Assembly: GCF_006345805.1 (NCBI RefSeq)
Contig: NC_043017.1
Coordinates: forward strand, 28,272,001 to 28,336,000
DNA from: Octopus sinensis
Lineage: Eukaryota
Length of the DNA: 64,000 nucleotides
Reading direction: 5' to 3'
Shown: one piece after another, positions 41,426-51,865 of the stretch
Numbering within the stretch: position 1 is the stretch's first letter
Layout of the letters: each line of letters starts with the position of its first letter
Notes under the pieces: model-generated
Told to the model about the DNA's origin: nothing
The model's input: the letters and a program-made list of their open reading frames with translations, nothing else
Database searches by the model: none
Position numbers and translations under genes: made by a program

Positions 41426-42419
41426 TATTATTATTATTATTATGTTTATTATTGTTGCTTCTGTTCTTGTATTTATTTAAACTGTTCTAACTTACCATTG
41501 TTTCGTGGTATTATAATTGTATAAAATTCAAAATCTCAAGTGCATATCGCAGAAGCGAATGAGGTTTTTTATATTTCCATTTCAAAACCTATACGGAATC
41601 AATAAATAACTACAAACAATCGACAGGGGGCTGAATGTTCTTATAGAATTCTGCCGAGACTATTTCGCTAATCATTATTCTGGGGTACACAATCATAAAA
41701 ATTGTACAAACACATAAAAAAAGTATGTAAAATACATACACAAAAACTAAAGATATGAATACAGGAATAAAGAGAAAAAGGAGAACAAATAAAAAAACTT
41801 CATAAATTACTATGAAATAGAAACTAATTAAAGATTACCGGATGGAGGCTGAAAAGTGGATAGAAAGAAATTGTTAGCCATGAACGTTAAAAGAGATATT
41901 AGTACATGAGTACGTAAAGAAGATGTCGCTTCATACTTAAAATATATAACGTGTAAAGAATACTACAATCTACTAAGTTTCACCAACTGAGATCTTTTAT
42001 TATTTTATTATTTGCAGTTAAATACATTGATGCTTTCGGTTTCGGTCTCTCTCTCTCTCTGTATATGTATATGGGTTTTCCCCACTCTCGCCCACCTCCC
42101 CACAACATCACACCACACTACACTATACCATACGACATTACACATCACATCACAACACACCACCCACAGCACACCGCCCACACACCCATTCCCACAACTT
42201 TACACCTACACATACATACACATATATCACAACACACCACCCACACACCCATATCTCCACACCCACACATACATACATACACACGTCCAGACCACCAGCC
42301 CTCTTTCACACGCACATACATACTCTCTTATACACACACGCACCTTCGTGTTGGGGGCCACCTTAGTTTTGGAAGTCACTTGACCCTGTTATCTCCCCTG
42401 CTATCCCTGTAGCGTCTAA

Positions 42420-42592
42420 CGTCTGACCTCTTCTCTCCTTCTTTCTTTTCTGTGTATCTTTCTGTCGAAGAGCGTATGCTAGAAACGTAAAAGACTTGTT
42501 CTATTTCTATTCCTGAGCGCCATACTAATACATTTGTTTGTTTGTACTCCACCTGCCTTCGTCTTTTGTTTATTCTCGTAAACCTTCCCGTT
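42420..42592 (+). mobile_element. Family E copy 3 with minimal hammerhead-like motif (42457-42494)
   Basis: Plus strand reads TCTTT CTGTCGA A GAGC GTAT GCTA GAAA CGTA AAAGA; reverse complement of copy 1; abuts a (TA)n tract. Confidence 0.65.
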
Positions 42593-42833
42593 ATATATAT
42601 ATATATATATATATATAATTCCAAGAAAGTTAGAGGTTGTGAATCCAACCAACTAAGGGATAATATCTATCCAATATACTGTTGGTAGAATACCCAATTA
42701 TTAATACACAAGTGTTTTTAATGCATTGCAATTACATTACCAAGTGAACTAAATGGGTGAGGATAAAGTGTTATTTACCATTGATTTATAGAGCGTATGC
42801 ACTCATGGAGATTCTTTTACATCTATATACATA

Positions 42834-43093
<260 letters not shown>

Positions 43094-43195
43094 ATATTAT
43101 ATATATATATATATAACTAATGTAGGATCAGATTTTTTCGAAAGAAAAAAGTTTTGTCAATGGCCAGCATATCAAAAAATACCTTCAAAGGTTAA

Positions 43196-43383
43196 ATTTA
43201 TAAATAACTTATAAAATAAGGGCAAGAGAAAAATTCTAATGCCCAATATGCCGAAAAAAAGACAAAATTGTCAATAACTTATTGTCAATAAATTATAATG
43301 GTTATTGACAATTTTGTCTTTTTTTCGGCATATTTGGCATTAGAATCTTTCTCTTGCCCTTATTTTATCAGTTATTTATAAAT
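43196..43383. repeat. Inverted repeat, 83-bp arms, 22-nt loop
   Basis: 43196-43278 vs 43301-43383, 3 mismatches. Confidence 0.95.
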
Positions 43384-43700
43384 ATATATACATATAATAA
43401 AAGGGTAAATAATTTTTTCGATGGTTTTTGAGACAACCAACAATTATTTACCGGTAGATTTCGGTATGTAAATATGACCTTTAGCGTCGGGAACTTCTAT
43501 GGAGTTCAGTATATATAGTATATAAGTAAAAGGGCAGGCAACAGGTTGCTCTGCCGCATACCGAAAGAATTAGAAATACCAGTCAGAGACTGTTTATTTC
43601 CATTTTCTACAAAGGGTGCTCCATATACGACATAACCCTGCAATTCACATTCTAATTCTTATATATATATATATGCTCAATACATTCCGTTATAACGGAA

Positions 43701-44000
43701 GATTTGTGCATGCAGAAAGTCTCAGAAAAATTCGTTCCCAAGATGCTGGAAGAGCAGCTCCGCATACAAATCCCTTGGGTCATGTTGGACTGTACAAACT
43801 ACGACACAGATTTCAATGAAGATCATCATCACTAATGATAAGACAGGACTTTGTTTCTGCCCCATGCATCCGGTCATCTAGCATGGAAACGAAAATCCTA
43901 CGAGCGCGCACTAGACGTCTATACTCGAAGCACAACAGCCGGGTGGTAACAAATATTTTTGAGGAATACCTAGGAATAGTGGCACCATATTCTACCCAAA
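43701..44000 (+). pseudogene. Degraded Tc1/mariner transposase fragment
   Basis: DLCMQKVSEKFVPKML resembles mariner DLGMRKVxAKFVPxLL; after a frameshift DTDF...KIIITNDKT resembles the first catalytic-Asp motif IITGDET; later VVTNIFEEYLGIV resembles VMATIFWDxxGI. Stops and frameshifts present; no TIRs recognised. Confidence 0.65.
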
Positions 44001-44529
44001 GGAATTTGGTCCCTTGACATTAGTATCGGCGGAAAAAAATACAGTCGAATACTTTTTTCAAGGGGCGTTGTATAACATGCTTGCAGTTCATGTAATAGAA
44101 CAAGTGCATGATCATCGTCAAAACCGACGAAGAACCATTTGCATTGATGCATATCTACCTGTTTGTACGTAAACATAAGGTGTAGAGTCAGGTGTGGGGG
44201 GGACAAAATGGTGTATTTATGACCTCTTTATACGCACCACTGACTTACACTAAAATCTGGATACCCAATCAGCATGCAGTTTTATGAGAAAAATGCCACG
44301 GTTGCAGTAATGAGGTAACTGCTAGCGTAATTACGATGGTCAAGACAGGTGGAGCGCACAGGTGATTCGTTGCCATAAAACTACATGAGAATAACGCGTG
44401 TGGATGGATGCATCTCGTCTTTATGAGACACACGGATATTATAGATTGGTTGATATCGAGAGGAAAAAGGTGAGAATGAAATAGTTTTCATGCAACGTGA
44501 ATACACATGCGCACAAGAATAGGCGCATA

Positions 44530-44595
44530 AATATGTGTGTATACATGCGTGTGTGTGTGTGTGTGTATACATGCGTGTGTGTGTGTGTGTATACA

Positions 44596-44641
<46 letters not shown>

Positions 44642-44975
44642 CATGCGTGAATGTGTATGAATACATGCGTGTGTGTGTGTGTGTGTGTACATGCGTGTGT
44701 GTGTGTGTGTGTATACATGAGTGTGTATGTGTGTACATGTGTGTGTGTACATGTGTGTGTGTGTATACACATGCGTGTGTGTGTGTATACATGTGTGTGT
44801 GTGTGTATACATGCGTGTGTGTGTGTGTGTATATATACATGCGTGTGTGTGTATATATACATGCGTGTGTGTGTGTGTATATATATATATATATGCGTGT
44901 GTGTGTGTATATATATGCGTGTGTGTGTATTCATGCCTGTGTGTGTGTATGTGTGTATACATGCGTGTGTGTGTG
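44530..44975. repeat. Compound tacatgc(GT)n satellite
   Basis: Direct inspection. Confidence 0.9.
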
Positions 44976-45164
44976 AATAACCTCTGCCGTTAAGTTACAA
45001 GAGAAACTCATTCGAAAATCATATACAGTGTTATTATTATTACTCGCCATCACAGAGGAAAAATGCTTATAATATATATTTGGGAAATAACAGCAATATC
45101 CATCAGAAATACACACTCAACCCTATTAAGAAATACTACTACTACTACTACTACTAATAATAAT

Positions 45165-45540
45165 AATAATGGTTTCAAATTTTACCACAAAGGCAGCTAT
45201 TTTGAGGGGAGGGGATAAGTTGATTGCATTGATCCCAGTGCTTCAATTGTACTTAAGTTATCGACTTCCGTGGAATTTGAACTCAGAACGTAGCGACAGA
45301 AGAAATACCTATTTCTTTATTACCCACAAGGGGCTAAACACAGGGGACAGACAAGGACAGACAAACGGATTAAGTCGATTATATCGACCCCAGTACGTAA
45401 CTGGTACTTATTTAATCGACCCCGAAAGGATGAAAGGCAAAGTCGACCTCGGCGGAATTTGAACTCAGAACGTAACCGCAGACGAAATACCACTAAGCAT
45501 TTCGCTTGGCGTGCTAACGTTTCTGCCAGCTTGCCGCTTT
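45165..45540 (-). mobile_element. SINE family B dimer/chimera
   Basis: Full monomer 45303-45540 joined to a second body with the alternative (aatttgaaacc-type) tail. Confidence 0.85.
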
Positions 45541-45560
45541 AATAATAATATAATAATAAA

Positions 45561-46033
45561 GATATTATTATGAAAGATCAGACAAAAAAGGTGTGTTTAT
45601 TAATTGACATGAGTATTCTTTGCGATCACAATATAGCGGCGAAAGAATTTGACAATTTCAGTAAATATAAAGACTTGCTAACAGAAATCGAAAAAATGCG
45701 GCATCTCAAGGTGACTACAGTACCAGTGATTGCAGGATCTCTAGGGATGATAAAAAAAGGTACTGAAACCTATTTGAAAATGATACCAGGCATACCATCC
45801 CTACAGGAAGTGCAAAAAATCGTGTTGACTGGAACGGCTCATGTACTGAGAAGAGCATTATTGCTGTGAAAACAACATTCATTTATGAATTTATTTATTT
45901 AGTAATTTTTTAAATGCATATTTTATCTGTGAATTTGCGTGTGTAATCTGGGAATGCGTACAATGAGCTTCTCTGCCCTAGGTGCACGGAAAACACCCGG
46001 CGAGAAACGGGAGAAAATTTGAAGAAAGAAGGA

Positions 46034-46063
<30 letters not shown>
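45561..46063 (+). mobile_element. 5'-truncated RLE-type non-LTR retrotransposon (R4/Dong-like), endonuclease C-terminus plus 3' UTR
   Basis: DIIMKDQTKKVCLLIDMSI...KYKDL...VPVIAGSLG...IQ-like KIVLTGTAHVLRR fits the (P)D-x-D/K..KY restriction-like endonuclease end; stop at 45867-69; flanked on both sides by (AAT)n. Confidence 0.8.
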
Positions 46064-46067
<4 letters not shown>

Positions 46068-46869
46068 TGAAAACAAGCGTTCAAATGGTGTGGCAATAGC
46101 AAACCATGGACAGACATGTTTTTCCTGTATTTTGACTCGTTAATTTCCGTCTTTCCTTCTTTCTCAAGCACAAATTCTCCCTCTCTCTGTCTGTCTGTCT
46201 CTCTCTCTCTCTTCCTGCGTGTCTCTGTGTATCTTTCTCTCCCTACCCTACTTCAATAGTGAAGTACAGAAAGTTAAAATGAGTGATACACATAGAGAAA
46301 CAGATGCATAAAAAAAGAGAAGTGATGGCTTCGGATTGTTTACACATTCATCACTTATCGCCTCTGGCAGATCTTCAAACGGTCAATGGATTTCTCTTCT
46401 TGTAGATCATAGACTCATACTAAAGAATTATTTCATTATGTAGCTACCTACATATGTCTGAGGAAGGTTTGTGTGTGTCTGCTCATTTGTTTATATAAGA
46501 ACATTCCTTGCATGAACTATTGTACATAACAGAGAACATAGAATCGAGGAAACATATGTAGAGCATGTTTTGTTTGGTATACATTTGTGCATCATATCAA
46601 TATGCATCAAATAAATATTATAATGTTATTAGCATACAGAAACATGCAATGCTTCGCCATTTATTTCTTATAACTTAAAACATGTTTTTATTCATCTCCA
46701 TAATCGCCAAAATATTATCAAATGCGGCCTGGTGCCCATTGATAGTTTTAATGAAAAAAGAAACAAAAAGGGTTTGAAATTTTGGGGGAGGGTCCTAATA
46801 GATTACTCCAGTGTTCAACTGGTACTTGTTTCTTCATCTCCGAAATCCTGAAAAGCAAAGTCGACCTTT

Positions 46870-46923
46870 TGAGTGGATTTGGTAGACGGAGACTGAAAGA
46901 AGCCAGTCGTGTGTATGTGTATG

Positions 46924-46978
<55 letters not shown>

Positions 46979-47170
46979 TTGTGTTTGTCCCCCCCTCCCA
47001 CCGTCGCTTGTTAACGGATGTTGGTGTGTTTACGTCCCCATAACTTAGCAGTTCGGCAAAATTGTCCAATCGAATAATCAGTAGGCTTACAAAGAATAAG
47101 ACCTGGGGTCGATTTGTTCGACTAAAGGTGGTGCTCCAGCACGACCGCAGTCAAATGACTGAAACAAAAG
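46870..47170 (+). mobile_element. SINE family A, 5'-truncated
   Basis: gagtggatttggtagacgg through gtcaaatgactgaaac. Confidence 0.85.
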
Positions 47171-47539
47171 ATTATCATTTGTTGAATTACTTGATTTGAA
47201 AAAATATTTTCATGGGAGACAACTCTATAAAACTATTTCCAGTTATGTCCCTTTAAAGTTCATTAATACTTTCTTGAGGTGCATGAATATATGCAGTGAG
47301 ATATTTAATTTAAACTTTCTCATTTTAGTGTTTTTTATTATATAAAACTTAAATGCAATTAATTTGATTGAGTATATTCTTTTCCCACAAATCTGCAGCT
47401 AATGCCAAATAATATGCAACTATATATTCGATGTATATGTGCGTGTGTAGGTGCGCATGCGAGGGCGAGTGTGTGCGCCTGAGCGTGCGAATAGTAATGG
47501 TTCTCGTTTTAAGATCCCACATCTTTTGTATTATGAAGT

Positions 47540-47725
47540 ATTAATAATAATAATAATTATTATTATTACTATTATTTATTTATTATTATTATTATTATTA
47601 TAAATATTATTTTTATTTATTATTTTTATTATTATTTTTATTATTATTATTTTTGTTATTATTTTATTATTATTATTTTTGTTATTATTATTATTATTAT
47701 TATTTTTGTTATTATTATTATTATT

Positions 47726-47761
<36 letters not shown>

Positions 47762-47880
47762 TTTGTTATTATTATTATTATTATTATTTATTATTTTTAT
47801 CATTATAATTATTATTATTATTTTATTATTATTATTTTTGTTATTATTATCATTATCATTATTATTATTTTTATTATTGA
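47540..47880. repeat. (ATT)n microsatellite abutting the exon B acceptor region
   Basis: Direct inspection. Confidence 0.95.
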
Positions 47881-47914
47881 TTTTATATATTTTTTGTTTC
47901 ATTTTCTATTTCAG

Positions 47915-48475
47915 AAAGCCGATTTAGCAGTGGCAGGTCTTAGCATCAGTTACATAAGGGAGCAAGTTATCGATTTTACCAAACCTTTTCTCAACCTCGG
48001 AATTAGTATCCTATTTAAAGTTCCAAAACGTGAAAAACCAGGGTTATTTTCTTTCCTAAATCCACTCGCCATAGAAATATGGTTGTACGTAATCGCTGCC
48101 TACCTTGTCGTCAGCTTTACAATATTCATTTTAGCCAGATTTAGCCCCTACGAATGGTATAATCCCCACCCTTGTAACCAAGATGCAGATACTGTTATGA
48201 ATTCATTTACATTATCAAACAGTTTCTGGTTTACTGTGGGAACATTGATGCAACAGGGTTCCGATATCAACCCGAGAGCTGTGTCCACCCGTATTGTAGG
48301 CGGAATTTGGTGGTTTTTCACACTGATTATCATTTCGTCATACACAGCCAACCTTGCGGCGTTTCTTACAGTGGAACGTATGGTATCCCCTATCGAAAGT
48401 GCCGAGGATTTGGCCAAGCAGACTGAGATATCCTATGGGACACTCGCTGGCGGATCTACTATGACTTTCTTTAAG
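47915..48475 (+). CDS. GRIK2-like: iGluR exon B: S1 end, M1, M2 pore loop (Q/R site), M3, start of S2
   Basis: tttcag acceptor; 187 codons [25 protein letters not shown]...[16 protein letters not shown]...[15 protein letters not shown]...GGSTMTFFK; donor gtaaga at 48476; within ORF 47894..48568. Confidence 0.97.
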
Positions 48476-48770
48476 GTAAGAAATAAATCTTCTTTATCCC
48501 ATGTTTGTATGTGTCGTTCTCTTCGAAAATGTCCCGTTCTTTTTTCTTTACTCCTTCGAGAGTTGTAAGAAATGCTTTGTTGAATTTGTTGATGCTCTGA
48601 TAACAGCAATAAACAGACACCCTAACGAAATCTTGGAGAATTACCTTTTAGCCTGTTTTCTTCTTCTTCTTCTTCTTATTATTATTATTATCATTATTAT
48701 TACTACAACTATTATTGTTTTTATTGTTGTTATTATTTTGGTGGGTCATTCTGCCAATAATAGTAGCAAC

Positions 48771-49041
48771 ACACGCACAGGTTCAATTCCACTTCGTTAT
48801 TGCTAGTCAATTCGTTAAGTGTCTAACCAATTAACTAATCTCGATCATTTATTTAATGTTTTGGTTTGAACGATCAATCGGTCCTTTGTTGGTTTTTGAA
48901 AAGATTGCGAACACTACGAAGATACTTTAATTAGCAAAGAATCGATTAATTGCATAAACGAACACATTAAACAAGCGAACGATTACTTAGTTGGATAACC
49001 AATTGACTAACAATACGAAGTGCAATTGAACCTGTGTATGT
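48771..49041. repeat. Foldback (MITE-like) element of about 270 bp
   Basis: Outer arms 48776-48817 / 48996-49036 (3 mismatches, 1 bulge); weaker nested complementarity inside. Confidence 0.85.
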
Positions 49042-49320
49042 ATCATTATTATTATTGGCGTAATGACTTTGCACATACACAAGAACATGTTTTACAAAGT
49101 CTATCGAAAGAACTATTGTTATAATAATTCAAAAACTCAAGTGTTATTCAAGTGTTGAACACTTATTTCGCTTCTCAAACGGAACCACTTTTCATGAGAC
49201 TGAAGGAAGAAGGAACATGTTTATTTCATACATCAATTCACACCCGCGCCGGGGCGATAGCACTTTTTCTCTGATCTTTTGTACTCCACATTTATCCATG
49301 TGTTCCTACACATTCATATA

Positions 49321-49650
49321 CGCATGGCTCAGTGGTTAGAGCGTCGAGCTTACGATCGTGAGGTTGTGAGCTCGAATCCCGGACCGGGCTGCGTGTTGTG
49401 TTCTTGAGCAAGACACTTTATTTCACGTTGCTCCGGTTCACTCAGCTGTAGAAATGAGTTGCGACGTCACAGGTGCCAAGCTGTATCGACCTTTGTCTTT
49501 CCCTTGGATAACACTGGTGGCGTGGAGAGGGGAGGCTGGTATGCATGGGCGACTGCTGGTCTTCCATAAACAACCTTGCCCGGACTTGTGTCTAGGAGGG
49601 TAACTTTCTAGGTGCAATCCCATGGTCATTCATGACCGAAGGGGGTCTTT
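49321..49650 (+). mobile_element. SINE family C
   Basis: Reverse complement of 24581-24918 over essentially its whole length. Confidence 0.9.
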
Positions 49651-49941
49651 ACCCTTCTTTACACACGTACATTGTTAATTATTATTATTATCAGTTCCGG
49701 CAGAATTTTCACAGTGACTCAAGGGTCAAGAGTTTCGTGTTCTAAATAAAGCGGGTGACAAATGATAATTCTCTGAATTGTTCGAGAATAAATTTTTTTT
49801 TAAATAATAAATTTCGTAATTTGTAATTTATCAATTCATTATAGTGATCAAATGTTTGTGTTCACATAAGCTCACTCACGCAATCAATCGACATCACCTG
49901 TACAGGTACACGACGTGCCCCATGTCAAATAACAGAATCAA

Positions 49942-50057
49942 GCAGGGCAACGTGAAAAGAAGATTTTCACTCAAGAACGCAACTCAGCGCCCAGTCTGTA
50001 AATTGAAAGCACAATCACGCAATCACGAATGTACCACCCTACCACTAAGCCATGCAC
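49942..50057 (-). mobile_element. Degenerate SINE family C head
   Basis: Minus strand gcatggcttagtggtag...ttcttgag...tttcacgttgc aligns with 49321-49435. Confidence 0.6.
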
Positions 50058-50155
50058 TTTCATACACACACAAAGCAACAGGTTGTATTGAGTCACATGT
50101 TATCAATAACGTAAGAACAACTTGATATATATATATATAAAATACGAAGGAGGAT

Positions 50156-50283
50156 CAGGAGGTATGAGATGAATGCATTTGTTTTACCATTTGATATCCA
50201 TGGGATGGCAGCCGTTTCGCGAAATGGCTGTCACCCTATGGATATCAACTAGCGAAATAAATGTATTCATATCATACCACCTG
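50156..50283. repeat. 128-bp imperfect palindrome centred on tttcgcgaaa
   Basis: 64 ungapped positions: 52 Watson-Crick, 6 G-U, 6 mismatches when read as + strand RNA. Confidence 0.9.
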
Positions 50284-50426
50284 ACTTTCTTTATATTCCA
50301 TTTACTACTCACGAAATAATCTTTACTGATTGGATTTGCTCGATAAGACTCTACATTATACACCTACCTATAGGTTTACTACGCGGTTTGTAACCTGGTC
50401 CTCTAAAACAGCTTTTTTTCTTTCCG

Positions 50427-50629
50427 TTTACCAATGGTTTATATAAATCCATATATTGTGCTATCTGTGTGTGTGTGTATTTGTGTTAATTGAAGTCAAT
50501 TCATATTTCAATTTTAACACAAACGTTTTGTGCATTTACCAATGGTTTATATAAAACCATATATTGTGCTGTGTTTGTGTCTGTGTGAATTCATATTTCT
50601 CTTTTAACACAAACATTTTGTATATTTAG
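50427..50629. repeat. Tandem duplication (108 + 95 bp) directly upstream of the exon C acceptor
   Basis: tttaccaatggtttatataaa.ccatatattgtgct...attcatatttc..ttttaacacaaac.ttttgt occurs at 50427 and 50535. Confidence 0.9.
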
Positions 50630-50855
50630 GAATCCAAGATAGAGACTTATCAAAGAATGTGGGCCTTCATGGAGAGTAGAGAACCAACAGTTTTTACAAA
50701 AACATACGATGAAGGTATTCAGTACGTTTTAGAAGGAAATTACGCATATTTAATGGAGTCAACAATGATTGACTATATAACGCAACGTAACTGTGAATTA
50801 ATGCAAGTCGGTGGACTTTTGGACACGAAAGGATATGGAATCGGTACACCAATGA
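50630..50855 (+). CDS. GRIK2-like: iGluR exon C: S2 ligand-binding segment
   Basis: tttag acceptor; [16 protein letters not shown]...[38 protein letters not shown]; donor gtgagt at 50856, phase 1. Confidence 0.97.
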
Positions 50856-50880
50856 GTGAGTAACATTTTTTCTTTTTATT

Positions 50881-51282
50881 CTTTTACTTGTTTCAGTCAT
50901 TTGACTGCGGCCATGCTGGAGCACCGCCTTTAGTCGAGCAAGTCGACTCCAGAGCTTATTCTTTGTAAGCCTAGTACTTATTTTATTGGTTTTCTTTTGC
51001 TGGGCTGCTAAGTTACGGGGACGTAAACAAACGAGCATCGGTTGTTAAGCGATGTTGGGGGGACAAACACAGACGCACAAACGTATACATACACACACAC
51101 ACACACACACACATATATAGGACGGGCTTCTTTCAGTTTCCGTCTACCAAATCCACTCACAAGGCTTTGGTTGGCCCGAGGCTATAATAGAAGACACTTG
51201 CCCAAGGTGCCACGCAGTGGGACTGAACCCGGAACCATGTGGTTAGTAAGCAAGCTACTTACCACACAGCCACTCCTACGCC
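50881..51282 (-). mobile_element. SINE family A, about 25 nt downstream of the exon C donor
   Basis: Full match to the family A pattern on the minus strand. Confidence 0.9.
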
Positions 51283-51865
51283 TACTTTTTTTTTTAGTAT
51301 CTATTCAATGTTTCATTGAAGCACCAGTCAGTTGCTGGATCGATCTTCACCTCTCTCTCTCTCCCTTTCTCCCTACCGCCTCCCTCACTCTTTCCTTCCC
51401 CTCTCTCTAGATATCATATGTGTATGTGTGTGTGTTTTTTGGGAGTGTATATAGAGAAAGGAGAGAGTGAGAGACAGAGATGGACAGATAGAGAAAAAGA
51501 CACAGACAAACAGACAGACAGATGGGTGGAAAAGCAGAGACAGTCAGACATGCGTTTTTTTATTCTATTATGTTCACGTGTGTCCGAGTGTTGTATCCAT
51601 TTATGCAAGAATATATGCATGGAATTATTCTATAAAAATATTATTACTGAGACTCGTAGTACAAAGAAAGAAGTAGCAATTTTGATGGAGGTGAGTAGAA
51701 TCCTGTTTGCTGTGGCCTCGGTGCATTAAAAATCTTATATTTAGCTCGTTTTTGATTTATCAGATTTTGTCACTGTTCTATTGTCTCCCTTGCACGTATT
51801 TGAATCTGGAATTATTTCCCTTGGAAATATCTTCAAAATTCTTCATCTATATTTAAGCTTGTAAA

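Noticed and set aside
48476-50629. Exon-complementary sequence for the Q/R site
   Set aside because: Best candidate by eye (gaacctgtgtatgtatc near 49028) is a weak match and is already paired in the 48771-49041 hairpin; a computed fold is needed.
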